In this document: positions 1 to 13,784 of the stretch, one piece after another
Layout of the letters: every line of letters starts with the position of its first letter
How positions within the stretch are numbered: position 1 is the stretch's first letter
Assembly (NCBI GenBank): GCA_001938485.1
Contig: MQRK01246099.1
Coordinates: 1-64,000, forward strand
Direction: 5' to 3'
Length of the DNA stretch: 64,000 nt
Source: Girardia tigrina
Lineage: Eukaryota
Program-made: the position numbers and the translations under genes
The notes under the pieces: generated by a model
What the model was told of the DNA's origin: nothing
Database searches by the model: none
What the model saw: the letters and a program-made list of their open reading frames with translations, nothing else

Positions 1-135
1 TTAATAAAAAATTATCAATTTAGAACGATGTCGAATGACGAGAGTTTTGCTGAGAGTTGTCCAAAAGACAATTCTGATTGTAATGAAAATAAAAGTTTGA
101 AAACCCATGTTGGTGTTCTCAATAGGATAATTTGA
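1..135 (+). mobile_element. Fragment of TGTGAGG-family LTR carrying the LTR-internal micro-ORF (28-135)
   Basis: AGAACG-ATG followed by MSNDESFAESCPKDNSDCNENKSLKTHVGVLN, homologous to the LTR segments at 13681, 34104(-), 60930 and 61865. Confidence 0.6.
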
Positions 136-707
136 GTATTTGTAAATATATGTATCACTTTCAAGCCATTACATTGTTTTGCATATGTATAATAATTTAA
201 ATAAACTGAGTAGGTACTTAGGCCAACAATTTAGGTATTGGCTATATGAGCTAATTCAATTTTTATATATATTTATTATTTTCAGATTTTCAAATTGTTA
301 AAATACATATTCTATAAATACAAATATATCTTTTTTTGATAAACTTCAATCCACATGAAAATATTTTATTAATAAAAAACATTAATTCATTAAAATATAT
401 ATTTATAGAAAATATATATCGTTGGATCAACTGTCATATTCAGGTCACTGATTATTAATTTAATTTACTTATATATAAAAATGCAAAAATAATAATTATG
501 TAATTGCATAAAATCAAGCTAATTAAAAAGGTTGTTCTGGGTGAGGGAGACTGTTTAGTCGATAATAATCTGACTATGGGACACATATCACAGGTTTACA
601 TGACACTTGTTGAAGGCATACTTGCATTACATGACATGAATAGTCAATGGCACAGCGTATTCCCACAACTTCAGAGATTGGAAGGAATATGTGTACTTCT
701 TCATCCT

Positions 708-1731
708 TGTGAGGAATATTTGGTGTGTGGATGTTTTTGTGTAGTGCTTGTATGTTTAAATGTTGTGTGTTGATTTGGGATTGTGCCTCTCCTAATCAGA
801 TGGATGATTAATATTTTAATTCTTATTATCTTAAACTAATTTATTTAAATTTAGGTTTAATATTCAAATTTTTAATTTTTATTATTTCAACTTTTAAATA
901 ATTTTATTCATTTTATTTTTGTAAATTTTTAAATAATTAAAATCAAATTAATGTTTAAAAATAATTATAAAAGGTAATTTTATAATATCCAAAAAAATTT
1001 AAATTAAATATTTAAAATAAAATAACTTCCTTCAAGTTAGTTCAGATTGTAAGGAGGAGTTTTAAAACATTGTGTGATGGAATTAATTGAAAGTAATACT
1101 ATTGATCGTCATAAAGATGATCAGAATTGTGTATGTTATAAATGTTCTGTCAAATGTGTGAGTTCTCTTAACAATCCTGTTTTGGATTTCATCTCAGAGT
1201 GTATAAAATTAGATACCTCTCTAGATGTTTAAAGGCTATTATTATTAGTTCAACATGTAACCGACTTTGATATAATTTCAGGAATTGTGTTTTAAAATTG
1301 TTCTCCTATTGAAAATTCAAATGTACTTGAAACTAATACTTAAGCCATCCTTTTATCAAAACAAACCATCAATATTAAAACGTTAATAATTCAACTTATT
1401 TTACTTCCCATAAAATTATTGTTTAAATTATTATTTAATTTTTTAAAAATTCCAACTAGAGTGTCTTAAAACTAGAAATCGAATGACTAAAAATAACAAA
1501 CTTTTTCTCAAGAATAAATAATTTTTATTATTTATTAACATTCTGGATATATATAATCAATAAATTTATAAAAATTTCTCCAATGAATACATTGACGGCG
1601 AAACACCAATTTTTATGTGCCATAGAAAATCAAACGTTTAATTATTCAACAAATTGAATCTCATTGAGGCAAACAGAAAGAAGATAGGTTTTAAATAATT
1701 ATATTATAATCTTTAAATAGATATCCTCATA
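708..1731 (+). mobile_element. Degenerate solo LTR, TGTGAGG family
   Basis: Starts TGTGAGGAATATTT and shares the GGATTGTG..TCTCC...CAGATGG block with 13394 and 60523; possible end ATATCCTCATA; no TSD recognised. Confidence 0.55.
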
Positions 1732-2079
1732 AAATGAGTGGACTTTAAAGGATTTTAGTATTATACTTAGGGATTTTTTAAAACACTCAACACAAATACC
1801 TAATTTTAAAACATCCAATACTGTATTTTATATTTATTTATTTAATTAAAAACCTTTTATTTAATATGTCCTGTATTTGAATTTAATATATGAAAGAATT
1901 ATCCATTACAAACAAAATTGGTTTAACGTTTTTTTAAAATACCACAATTAATATTATGTTCGTAAATAATTACCTCTATAGACTAACCTTTTAAGTATCA
2001 GATTTATCTTATGAAAGATTTTAACTTCTACCTATAAATTTGTACTTAAATCAATAAAAAGTAAGTTATTTATACAATA

Positions 2080-2740
2080 ATAGGATGATTCAAAAGTTCT
2101 TTCGTTTTTCCACTCATATTTTCAAGATGACAAAGCATGTAAACAGAACACATTTACTCTTCGAAATAGAGGTTTTTATTTTCGATTGTCTACAACCATC
2201 TTTCAACCATTTGCTCGATTCCACGGGTATGCCACCCTTTCTATTTGGAAGCAAAGAAATCGAGGTATCCTTGGTCAAACTCTTCTACTGAATCAAAATG
2301 TTGCCCTTTGAGAAAATGTGCCATTGCCCGAAAGAGGTTGTCGTCACTGGGAACAAGGTCAGGAATGTAGACAGGGTGTAGCAAAACTTTTATTCCTAAC
2401 ATCTCTTTCATTTTACCACGATTCAAACGTGCATTGTAAGTCGGAATATTGTATTGTTGTAGAAGAACTCAGTTGTAATTGTGGAATGCCGGATAACGCT
2501 CACAGAGAATGGCGTAGACTCTGTCCAGCTGCTGAGTGTAAAGGTTGGTATTCCTAATTCGCCCTTCCGGAACTAGCTTAAAGTTGATCACTTGCTCGAA
2601 ATTCAACCATACATAGAGCATAACTTTGCAATCGAAGAGTCCTTGTTTAACCCCGGGTTTGGCGGGAATACCAGGTAGATCCACTGATTCTACTTGTGGG
2701 AATAACGGTAAATATCCATTTTTCATCCCCCGTCACGATT
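2080..2740 (-). mobile_element. Mariner (DD34D) transposase fossil with one TIR
   Basis: KVMLYVW and HPVYIPDLVPSDDNLFRAM (YSPDLAPSD motif); frameshifts and stops; TIR-like TAGGATGATTCAAAAG at ~2081. Confidence 0.85.
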
Positions 2741-2812
2741 ACTTAAATTAATATTTAAATTAAAACTTAATTTAATTATCATTTACTTTACTTAAACAAT
2801 GAATTTTATGAA

Positions 2813-3023
2813 TTATCCACAGACTTTTGTAAGAGTTAAAATTTTAAAATTGAATGTTCTTTACAAAATATATTAACAAAATTAAGAGATTTATTTAGCA
2901 CAAAGACTTATAAAAAGTATATATCTAGTCAAAATTTAGGCTTGCCACCTTATAAACTCATGGGAAACCTTAATTGGGATAACTGTGATTTTTTTACTGT
3001 CCACAGACTTTTGCACGCTACTG
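2813..3023. mobile_element. Orphan Tc1-type IR/DR terminal repeat
   Basis: TCCACAGACTTTTG occurs at ~2816 and ~3000; ends ...GCACGCTACTG followed by TA. Confidence 0.5.
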
Positions 3024-3149
3024 TATATAGTACAATTAACAAATCATTTACAAATTATTTTATTGATTTTTAAATAAAAAGAAAATTCTTAGAAAATAAA
3101 CCCAATTCTACTACATTAAATATTTATTAAAATAACAAAATATTATAAA

Positions 3150-3970
3150 TACTGTCATATTTCACATCAGAACGTATGAGAAACGGCTTTCAGAAATTAC
3201 AGTTAATTTACTTTGATAGTTGTTAATCCTCACATCTAACCTGACCTTCAGTTGACGATACTTTTTCTTGGACGTTATTTGTTGTCCGGATCGAAATCAG
3301 AGATATAAAGCATTTTGAAATTCATTTTCTTTAATAAGTACGTCGAAAAATATCTAGATTGTTGGATGTGTCCGTTGAAATAAAGATTGCAAGCTAAAAT
3401 GCCAACCTTCCACCGCGTTTGTTATTCTAGTTAAACTATCAAATATTACTTCATAATGATTCCATAATTTGGTAAAAATTAATTTTTTTCCCGCTTCAAT
3501 TTATCATCTGATTTAAAGTAGCTTAAAATACCTTCGAAAGAACTTCCCGTAAATTCAAACTGTTCTAAAACCTCTAAAACTCCTCTAACTCCTCGGATAT
3601 TGGAATGAGAAAAAGTACACACAACATTTTTGTACAAATGGCAAATATTTAATTTGTTTCGTAAACACTTTTTAAAGCCAGTTCACTAATGTTTCTTAAA
3701 ACTGACTGTAAGAAGTGAAAAAAACAACCCAATAAACTTACAATTGGAAAGGAAATTTTGAATGACTTCATATCTTCTGTTTCAAAATGAATAAGTGTTC
3801 TGGTAGAAGAAATACATGAAATTAAAAGTTTGAGAGCTTCTAACTTTCTCATATAGATTTTTTGACTTTTTCAAGGTTACCAAATAAAATATTTAAAAAA
3901 TAAAATAATTTTATGAAATATTTGATGAAATGTCGTATGATGAAATGTCATATGTTGAGAGTCATTGAAC
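3150..3970 (-). mobile_element. Mutator-like (MULE) transposase fossil
   Basis: GCFFHFLQSV, KLWNHY and RITNAVEGWH motifs across frameshifts; TGATGAAATGTC subterminal repeats near 3922-3950. Confidence 0.85.
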
Positions 3971-4117
3971 TAAATTTTTGACTGCTTCATGTACATATAA
4001 AGAGTCTATTTTTCATACCGCTATGAGTGGATTATCAATTATCAATAATGCATTTTATTTAGCATGCACTGAATGTTATGTAACGACTTGGGCCAATTCA
4101 AAATTATAAATTCCAAG

Positions 4118-6332
4118 CAGGGACGTAGATAAGGGGGGGGATATAGGGATCGATCCCACCCCGAAATATTTTAAAAACATTTTAAAAACTAAACATTTAC
4201 TAAGAAATACTAAATATACAAAAAATAATTTCCATTAAATCATTTCTATTTAATAAAATTCTTGATGGTTTAAAATTTAATAAAATAATTTACTCTATTA
4301 TTTCTCCGATAAAAATATTGTTAATAAAAAATTTAATCTGAATTAATAAAATTCTATTTCAGCAACATCATCATGAAGAGGCAAAATTATATCACCGATT
4401 TTTTTGCACTGAGAACAAAGAGATCTAAATACATTTCTGCAGGCAGTAGTAATTCAAATTTAAACTCAGTATCGACTTCAACTTTTATATCATCTATTCT
4501 TATACCAACTATAAATGATGCACCTAACTCTTCTCCTGTCGCAAACACTTCAGACCCTGTGTTGCTTGACAATTATCGTCCCAGTTCACTTCAATCAGAT
4601 ATCAGTATTTGAGACTTTGATTTGTATGCTCAATGAAAGGACCGAATATTCATCTATTGTCATGAAAAAATGTACTATTGTCACTGTAGATTCCTAATTC
4701 CTTTTACATTTTCTCTATCGGTAAAAGAAATTTAGATTTTCAAGCAATGTATTGTGATAAATCCCCATGGTTGACATTTTCTCACAAGTTATAAGGTGTA
4801 TTTTGTAAACCATGTGTCATGTTCACAATGAATGTCCTGGAAAAGTAGGTTGCAGTCATCAAAGCGCATTGTTTATGAACTCTTTTAGCAATTGAAGTGC
4901 GAGGAATATATAAATAAACACACATTCAAACACAAAACATCAAACATTCAAATATTCCTCACAGGAAGGATGTAATTTAACATTTCAGAGGACACGAAAA
5001 TACGAAGTACCATAAAGATTGATCTCTGAAAGCAAAATTCTTTCTAGAAATCTCTACAAAAAGTAAATTGGATTTTATTCACAAAATCGAAAAACGATCC
5101 AAAAAACAATCTGAGGAACGCTGCTTAAGCTTTGAAACAATCATAGAGAAAATCTTGTAATTATGACGATATGAATTGTCTTTACGAGGACACGAATATT
5201 CAGAAGCGGTTATTATGGATGAAATAGCTAAAACCGATGGCATATTTCAAGGTATATTGCGATTTTTCCTAAATCTTCCACTTCTTTATGAAAGCTTTAT
5301 TTCTGCTCCCAAAAACAGCTCGTTTATTAGTCTTAAAACTCAAAACTGAGGCTCTCAGGAAAAATTGGGAAAAAAGTAAACAACTCTCAATGCTTCTCTA
5401 TTCTGGTTGATGAATCCTAGGACTGCGCTGGAACTAAACAACAATCTTTCTCATTAAGGTAATAATAAAATGGCTACTTATTTTATGTGTGATTTCTGAA
5501 TAATTATTTATTTAGGTACGTTGATAAAGACAACTTACGTGAAGATTTTTTCGATTTTTCTCAATTAGAAGATCAATCAACCAAGAGAATAACTCACACT
5601 ATAACAACGGAACTTATAAAAATTTAAACTGATATGAGCTATGTACATGAACAAGGTTACGATGGTGCTAGTGTTATGAAAGGATGTGTGTTAGGTGTTC
5701 TAAAACATATTTGGAATATTAATCCTAAAGCCATTTACTTCCATTGCGCCAGCCATAATCTCAACCTAGCTCTTGTTAAAACATCATGTCCTTGGTGTGC
5801 AGTGTTTCTCAATCTTTCCAAAAAGATCCATTATTCTCAAAAAAATTCTATCTGAGAAGAATAAATCGATGCTCATTACTTGATGTGAATCTTGATGGAT
5901 TGAAAATCATGATACCATAATTCAATTTAATAAACATTTTGAGCCATTTATCGATGATCTGAAACATTTATCAGAAGACCACGATACAGTATGCAGAAGT
6001 TCTTCCGTCTACTATAAATAAAAGCTTCTTCGACATATCATTAATTGTTGCCAAAGATGTTGCTTCGTTAATTATTCGACTTGCCAAAACCTTACAATCC
6101 GAATCCAAAGATCTAGCAGCATGCGTTGTTCACACTAAATCTACTTTGAGCATAGTTAATCAATCTCGTGAGCACAGTCAAGAAACTTTTCATAAAATAT
6201 TCTCAGGACATGTTGGACTTTTAGCGCGTAAATTTTCAGATCATGTAGGAATTTCTTAACAGTTCTCATCGTCAGAAGACTATTATAGAACGACTGTTTA
6301 CAACGTATTTCTTGACAAAGTTAGAAGACAAA
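4118..6332 (+). mobile_element. hAT (ZMYM1/DUF4371-type) transposon fossil, interrupted by LTR insertions; possibly resumes near 8431
   Basis: CAGGGACGTAG-type terminus; TTF-finger remnant GVFCKPC; ILVDES, LR|YVD, REDF, QGYDGASVM and YFHCASHNLNL motifs. Confidence 0.85.
4898..4963 (-). mobile_element. 66-bp internally deleted solo LTR, TGTGAGG family
   Basis: Termini TGCGAGGAATAT...ATATTCCTCACA; flanks TGAAG/GGAAG; removal restores the hAT FSNWKD motif. Confidence 0.65.
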
Positions 6333-6333
6333 T

Positions 6334-8430
6334 ATGTGAAAATAATATCCAATTTACCTTTTGTAGAGATTTCTAGAAAGAATTTGGCTTTCACAGAGCA
6401 ATCTTAATGGTATTTTGTATCTTAATCACGAGAAAATATTTTCAATATTTGAAGCTCTTATTCCTTTCCACTGCCATGAAGTCACCGTTATCAACTTTAA
6501 AAAGCTTGACTAAATATATGAAACCCCTATCGATAAGCGGTAATTGCCATTGGTGCTTTACATTTACCTGGAAAAGTAGATTCAGTGTCTCTCCAAAGAC
6601 CAGCCAGTGACAGCCTTTCAAACATTTTGTCAATTTGATATCCACTATTTGGGAGGAACCACTGATTGAATCCACTGACTGGGAGGAACTACTACCGGAA
6701 ATAGAATTCACATTAAATGTAACTTTCCAGAAAACAATAGGGAAGAGCCCAGTGGAAATTATATTCGGTAAGAAAATATACAGAGAAGGATGGCATAGTC
6801 AAAATATAAAGCTACAGCAAGAAAAAGAAGACACAACGTCGAAAAGAAATTTTGAAATTGGAGATGAAGTACTGGTCAAGGTGGAAACGGGGATAAAGAG
6901 TAAAGATAAATATGAAGGACCGTATAAAGTGATAGAAAAAACATATGACAGAAGGTATAAACTAATAAATGAAGATGGAAGAATTTTAGATCGAAACGTG
7001 GAAAAATTGAGAAAATTTTTAAAGAAGGGGGATATGAAGGGTTATTTGTACGTTTCGTCAAAATAGTTTATTATTTTTTTTGTTTTGAAAATTTAAAGGA
7101 AATAAATTAGAAAATTAAAATGCAGAGTAAAAATATGATAAAATAAATACGTATTTAAAATATGTTTACATTAATAACAATTAATATATTTTATAAGTGG
7201 AATAAGTTTAAATAAAGTTTAAAATAAATAATTAACGGATTAATATTTTTAGAAATAATTTTTTTTAATAAAAGGGCTTATTGTAAATTTAAATTAATTA
7301 GTTTTTTATGATAAAGTTTCGTAAGAATTTAAAATTATTTTACATTTTAAATTTTGTAAAATTTTTTGTAAAAAAATGCAAAATTATTTAAGGTTTAGAA
7401 TTTGTAAAATTTTTGCAAAAAAATGTAAAATTATTTTTAAGGTTTAATTTTCGTAAATTTTCAAAATTTATTCGAAGAGAGTTGTAAATTAATTTTGGAC
7501 GAAATAATTGAATTAATTTGTTTAAATATGTGAATTGTTGATATTAATAAAATTTTTGTGGTGTTAAATTATGATTTCAGAATGTGATAATAATGAAAGT
7601 GGCATAAACGCTAATTACATAGATAATATTTTTACTAATTAAAATGAAATAATTTTTATAAAAAGTACAATGATAAAAATAATAAAAGTGTAATGATAAT
7701 ATTTTATTAATTAAATTGAAAGAACTTTTATAAAAAATCACAATTAAAATAATAGTTTCAGAGTAAAAAAATTTTGTAATGAAAATTTTGATATATCTTG
7801 TAACACTTTTTAAAATAAAAATCATAATGTTTATTGAATTTAATTGTCAACGGAAAGTTTTATTAAAAAAATAATTTGCTGAATATTTTAAAATCAAGTT
7901 CTAAAATAAAAATCATAATGTTTTATTGAATTTAATATTCAACGGAAATTCTCATTAAAAATAATTTATAATTGAATTTTTAAAATTAAAGAAAAATTAT
8001 TTAGGAATTGAATTTTTACACGATATGTCCATTAAAATAATTTTAAAGATCTAAATTTATATTTCAAATTAATAAACATTGTAAAAATTAATAAAACAAA
8101 AACAAAATAGGATTTATACAAAATTGAATAAATTAACATATACACATCGATATTATTATTTATATTTAGAATTTCAAAATCTGGTTTATGTAACTGAAAT
8201 ATTATTCCTCATAAATTTGTTTGAGTAATGAAAGTTGTATTAGAAATAAAGATTGCAAATTATGACTTTGAATTTTAATCACAAACCAAATATAAATCAT
8301 ACAGTAAAAACTAAAAAACCCGTATGTACAAAGAAGTGTAATAGTAAAATAAAATAAAGTATTCAGAATTTTAATCTACAGGTGTGAACTTATATAAATT
8401 AATCTGTTTAATTATACATTTTATTCCACA
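6334..8430 (+). mobile_element. Ty3/gypsy remnant: integrase C-terminus (6635-7066), PPT and AT-rich LTR-like sequence
   Basis: WEELLPEIEFTLN, GKSPVEIIFG, FEIGDEVLVK and YEGPY (GPY/F); PPT AAAGAAGGGGGA at 7021-7032 followed by TATGAAGG. Confidence 0.8.
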
Positions 8431-8676
8431 GATTAGAAGATTTCAAATGAGAATTAATGGACAATCTTTTAAGAATTAACCAAATGAAAGAACTTTCAAA
8501 GAGCAGAACTAATATTAAGAGAATTTATATAAATAGAAAATAAATTATTTACTATTTAAGTTTTGTTACATAAATATAATCTTTATTAGAATTTGCAAAA
8601 ATATTTTATTTTTAAGAAGAGATAAAGTCTGAGCAGAATTTATCATTTCATACTAAAATTTATTAGACTAATTAAC

Positions 8677-8885
8677 ACTAGAAAGACGGCGGCGGTCAAA
8701 AATTCAGGCCTATTTTTATACGCACGGCTTTAGTTTTCCTACGAGTGTACAATGAGTTTTGTTTATTGTTGTCTGCTTACATCCCATTTAGAATTACAAA
8801 ATTAGTCACGCGTATAAATGTGCTGGTCTAAAATGAAGATTCTGCTAGCATTCATTTTTCCGACTGCCATCCTTCTGACATTTAA
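8677..8885. mobile_element. Possible piggyBac-like MITE
   Basis: TTAA-CACTAGAAAGACGGC start; imperfect inverted end GACTGCCATCCTTCTG...TTAA. Confidence 0.3.
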
Positions 8886-9368
8886 AGTTTTTAAACTTTT
8901 TGTGTTAATTGTACATAACTTAATTTAAAACTACAAAAAATTATGCAAAGAAATATCCATAATGGATTTTAAACTAAAGTTTTATTTTCATCGATTTTTT
9001 AATTGGAGCTTTTTAATTAAAGCTTGATATAATTCCATCAAACATCTAACAAAAAAATTTATAAACATTTTTTAATAAAATAAATTTACTTTTATTTTCT
9101 TTATCAACTCAATTACATCAATAAGTAAGTTACAAAGTTTTCATCTTTAACGAAATTTGTATCTAAATATAATCAAAAATATATAACTACAGAAAAATAA
9201 AGAAAAAAATAAGGAAATAATTATAAGAACAATATAAATAAGGGAAATAAATTTATAAATAAGATTTGTATAAATACATTGAATTTAAATGAAAGTCCCT
9301 ACACTTAATCAATTCAATTCGATAAATGTGAGATAGTTAGTGTCTTCCCAAATTATTTTATGTATATA

Positions 9369-9714
9369 ACTAGTAAATCAAAAAATTAACATTTTATCCA
9401 TTCTTTATGCAGAAAAACTTCTACTTTGCCAACAAATTTTTTAAAATTAAAAAATTTAAAATTTAAAAAATTTTAAATTAAAAAAACAATAAAAATTAAT
9501 ATAAACAACTTATAATTTCTAAATAGATATCTTGCAATTAATTTTGTTTTGGAACTCCGAATTTTCCATTTTTAACCATTTTGGGATCTTAAAAAGCTTT
9601 TTTCGATAAAATATTTACATAGTCATTTATTGTCATCGAAAATGAGTAAGTGTGCTAAGTTTGAAGAAAATCGATTGAGTAGAAAACCTTCGAAAACAGG
9701 TTTTTAAATTCCAT

Positions 9715-9753
<39 letters not shown>
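9369..9753 (-). repeat. Non-autonomous Helitron/DINE-like repeat with (TA)n
   Basis: Homologous to 15540-15882(-) and 52323-52804(+); ACTAGT at one end and (TA)n at the other. Confidence 0.55.
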
Positions 9754-9757
<4 letters not shown>

Positions 9758-10543
9758 CTAGAATTGATAATGGCATTTTTAATAATAATGAAAAGAAAGG
9801 CCATTTTTTAATATTAAATTTATTCCCAATACAAANNNNNNNNNNNNNNNNNNNNNNNNNNNNNNNNNNNNNNNNNNNNNNNNNNNNNNNNNNNNNNNNN
9901 NNNNNNNNNNNNNNNNNNNNNNNNNNNNNNNNNNNNNNNNNNNNNNNNNNNNNNNNNNNNNNNNNNNNNNNNNNNNNNNNNNNNNNNNNNNNNNNNNNNN
10001 NNNNNNNNNNNNNNNNNNNNNNNNNNNNNNNNNNNNNNNNNNNNNNNNNNNNNNNNNNNNNNNNNNNNNNNNNNNNNNNNNNNNNNNNNNNNNNNNNNNN
10101 NNNNNNNNNNNNNNNNNNNNNNNNNNNNNNNNNNNNNNNNNNNNNNNNNNNNNNNNNNNNNNNNNNNNNNNNNNNNNNNNNNNNNNNNNNNNNNNNNNNN
10201 NNNNNNNNNNNNNNNNNNNNNNNNNNNNNNNNNNNNNNNNNNNNNNNNNNNNNNNNNNNNNNNNNNNNNNNNNNNNNNNNNNNNNNNNNNNNNNNNNNNN
10301 NNNNNNNNNNNNNNNNNNNNNNNNNNNNNNNNNNNNNNNNNNNNNNNNNNNNNNNNNNNNNNNNNNNNNNNNNNNNNNNNNNNNNNNNNNNNNNNNNNNN
10401 NNNNNNNNNNNNNNNNNNNNNNNNNNNNNNNNNNNNNNNNNNNNNNNNNNNNNNNNNNNNNNNNNNNNNNNNNNNNNNNNNNNNNNNNNNNNNNNNNNNN
10501 NNNNNNNNNNNNNNNNNNNNNNNNNNNNNNNNNNNNNNNNNNN

Positions 10544-10578
<35 letters not shown>

Positions 10579-12159
10579 TTATATTCGCTAATGCTTTGAT
10601 CAGATTTTTTGCAATGGATTGTATATAATTTGTTTGTTATTACAGATTCATTTTTAAAAAATGTATTAACCGACCGTTTCCGAGATTGGTCTAAGTTGAA
10701 TATCTTAATTTAGATCGATTGGATCAAAGTCCAAAATTAATTAACGATTATCGGGTTGAACTCAGAAATAATTCTTTCATTCAATGCTCTTTTTCTTTCT
10801 TGAAATATAATTTTTCGTTTTCGTCTTTCAGCTTAAAATTTTCTTCTTTTATATTTTTTCTCCATACATCTATCTTATTTATAAATTTCTTTTCCTTGTT
10901 TATATTGTTCTTTACATTATTTTTTATTTTTAGTCTTGTATTTACATTTTTTTTCATTATTTTTCTGTATTTTATATTTATTTTTTGTAGAAGGTAAAGA
11001 AATTCTTTTTTGACATATTAATTAAAAAAAATTTATTTTTTAAATATTTTTTCCATCATCAACAAAATGACAAATTTTATACTCGGAGTTCAAAAAAAAT
11101 TTTTTTAACTGTATTTAACTGGAACTTCATGAGATGACAAAGTCTACATTCTATGTTTAAATACAAATATTGGAAAACATATTTGAATTTATTGATCAAA
11201 CTTTAATATCATTTAAAATGGTGAATAAGAAAATAAATTATAGTGTTAAAATCTTTTTTAATCTACTAATTTTTATCAAAGCTTTATTAAATTTATATTA
11301 AGAAATTTTTAAAATAAACTGTGTGATTTAAATTAATAAAAATTATAAATTTAAATTCAAATGTCGCGTTTTCCTCACTGAACAACATTTTTGTGACCGA
11401 ATAGTTGCAGCGTTCGCAGGGCATGGTTTATGACGTCATTTTCTAATTGATCCGTGCTCGATATGTATACATTATATTTATATTTTATTTACACTGTGTT
11501 GAACGAAGAGAGCTTCAAAGAGACAGACGACGACCCTTCAGCGTATTCGGGGGGACGGCCCGCGTCGAGTCTAAAAGGTTCTTCGTAACCGATTAAAAGA
11601 TTTAATTTGAATTTATTTACGGTTTCACTTTTTTACTCCGACTATAATACATTGGCTCTCTACTCGCAATTATTTATATGAGTAATAGATTAATTTGTAA
11701 TATTTATTAACCTTACATTATACTACTTATATCACAACAAATATAAAGAAGCTATAAACCAGCAACACTATTGACATTATCAAGTAAGGTACTTCAACCA
11801 CTCATTACTTATATTATTAAATTTTAAGGACGGAACTCAACATTGTTCTACATTGTTCAACATTGTATGAAAGAATTGCAATTATCAAAACTTTAATATT
11901 AGATTCTCGAAAATAGAATGCTAAAACGATAAATTATTGCGGAATTTAATCTTTATTTACATTAAAATAAATCCAAATGTTAAACTAAATGTATTTACAA
12001 AATTTACAATTCTTAGATTACATTTACAAGTTACCTATATAAAAAACTGATTACTATAATTTTTATTCAAATATCGAGTTCGTCCCTTGAGATTTTAACA
12101 TCTCTTTAAAAATCTATTTCATTCTCAAGATCAAAACATCTTTTCGAATCAATTTACAA

Positions 12160-12522
12160 ATGATAACGCAAGACTGCATATAAGTTTGACCACTCGCTAG
12201 AAACTCTTATCACTGGGTTGGGAGGTTTTGTCGCACCCATCGTATTCTCCAGACTTGGCCCCATCGGATTTTCATTTATTTAGGTCACTGCAGAATTCCT
12301 TAAACAGAAAAACATTCGCCAGTGATGATGAAATCAAATTGTTCCTAGACGGCTTTTTTGCTGACAAAGGCAAAGATTTTTATGAATCAGGAATAATGAA
12401 GCAACCGGAAAGGTGGAAGAAAGTGATTGAAAAAAATGGACAGTATATCGTGTAAACATATTCCATGTCATTTTTTGATAATAAATACTTTAGTAAAAAA
12501 CGCAATGACTTTTTGGCCAACA
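12160..12522 (+). mobile_element. Mariner (DD34D) 3' fragment with right TIR
   Basis: HPSYSPDLAPSDFHLFRSLQNSL and ERWKKVIEKNGQY; TIR-like CGCAATGACTTTTTGGCCAAC. Confidence 0.9.
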
Positions 12523-12639
12523 GAAATTTTTCAAATAAACAATTAATCACAATTATTAAAGATGAAAAAGAAAAGAAATCATTAATTGTGTTTAAATCTA
12601 TTTTAATCAACTATTTTTAACCAAAGCTTAATTACTAAA

Positions 12640-13150
12640 TTTATATCTAGAAATTTCCCAAATAAACATTTTGATTTAATTAAATAAAGAAATTTTGTTT
12701 GAAATTTTATTGAAATTTAATTTTCACAAAGTACAAATAAAAATTAATCACAAAAATGAGCGTTTGTTTGAATAATGTTACCATAGATAAATAAATGACA
12801 ACAATTCAAATTTTCTATCGGCAATCAAAAAAATGTTTCTTCAAATAATATGGAGAACACAACAAAAACACTAAACAAATGAAGAAGATTATAAATTAAA
12901 GGATGAAATTTTCTCTGTTTCTTATGGTAATTAAATTTTCTAGTTTCAAGAATAATTAAATTCAGTTTTCTTTTAATGAGACACTCTAAAGGACGAAATT
13001 CCTGAACTGCCTTTGACGGATGAAGTAACGGTTCGCTGTGGATTCTGTCAGCAATTTTAGTATTGTCGCTAAATAAAATATCACAGAAACATTCACAATT
13101 GTTTGACGTTTTTTAAAATAATCAGTATTAATTTATTTATATATTTTCGT
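12640..13150 (-). repeat. Dispersed ~480-bp repeat, copy 1 (copy 2 at 45185-45650), with decayed ORF
   Basis: Long identical blocks shared between copies, e.g. CTGAACTGCCTTTGACGGATGA and AACGGTTCGCTGTGGATTCTGTCAGCAAT. Confidence 0.8.
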
Positions 13151-13393
13151 TAATAGAACTCGCACATTGATTTCAATGTTTATTAGACACAATTTGCATC
13201 ATCCAGGGACAATCTATAGTTGCGCTTTCATTCATTGACATCGTTGAAAAAGATTAAAAAATTTATTCCAATCATCTGCACCGATTTGACACCTGATTTA
13301 TCTTATAATATTTAATAAGAATTTCATTGGATGAAATAAAATAAATAATAATTATATTAAAAATACTAATTTTATCTTTTTTTATAATATTAG

Positions 13394-13784
13394 TGTGAGG
13401 AATATTTTCGAATGGTGTTTATTGTATGTTGTTTTAGGATTGTGTTTCTCCCACCCAGATGGAAGATTGATATTTTAAAACGTCGGGTTGTTTAATCAAT
13501 TATTAAAATTTAAAATAATCACTTTAAAATTAAACTAATATTTCATGAATAATATTTTCTTAAAATAAATAAAATTTATTTCAAATTTAAAGTATAAATT
13601 ATTTTTGTCTTAATTAAATTGTAATTTAAATTTGTTTGAATAATAAGACGTTAAAGAATATTATTAAAGATTATCAATCAAGAACGATGACGAGCTACAC
13701 AAGTTTTACGGAGAATTGTTCTAGTAGCAATTCAAATTGTGTTATAAATAAATGTAAAGAAAACCCTATTAATGTTCTTAATAA
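13394..13784 (+). mobile_element. LTR 5' part, TGTGAGG family, truncated by mariner
   Basis: Highly similar to the reverse complement of 34010-34467; contains the micro-ORF at 13687-13788. Confidence 0.75.

Noticed and set aside
8200-8211. ATTCCTCATA as the end of the 7033 LTR
   Set aside because: Homology with 54920-55640 continues through this point, so it is internal.
10719-10997. Hydrophobic F/I/L-rich ORFs (also 7577-7825, 31153-31569, 37396-37587)
   Set aside because: These are low-complexity AT-rich or microsatellite translations, several with non-ATG starts.
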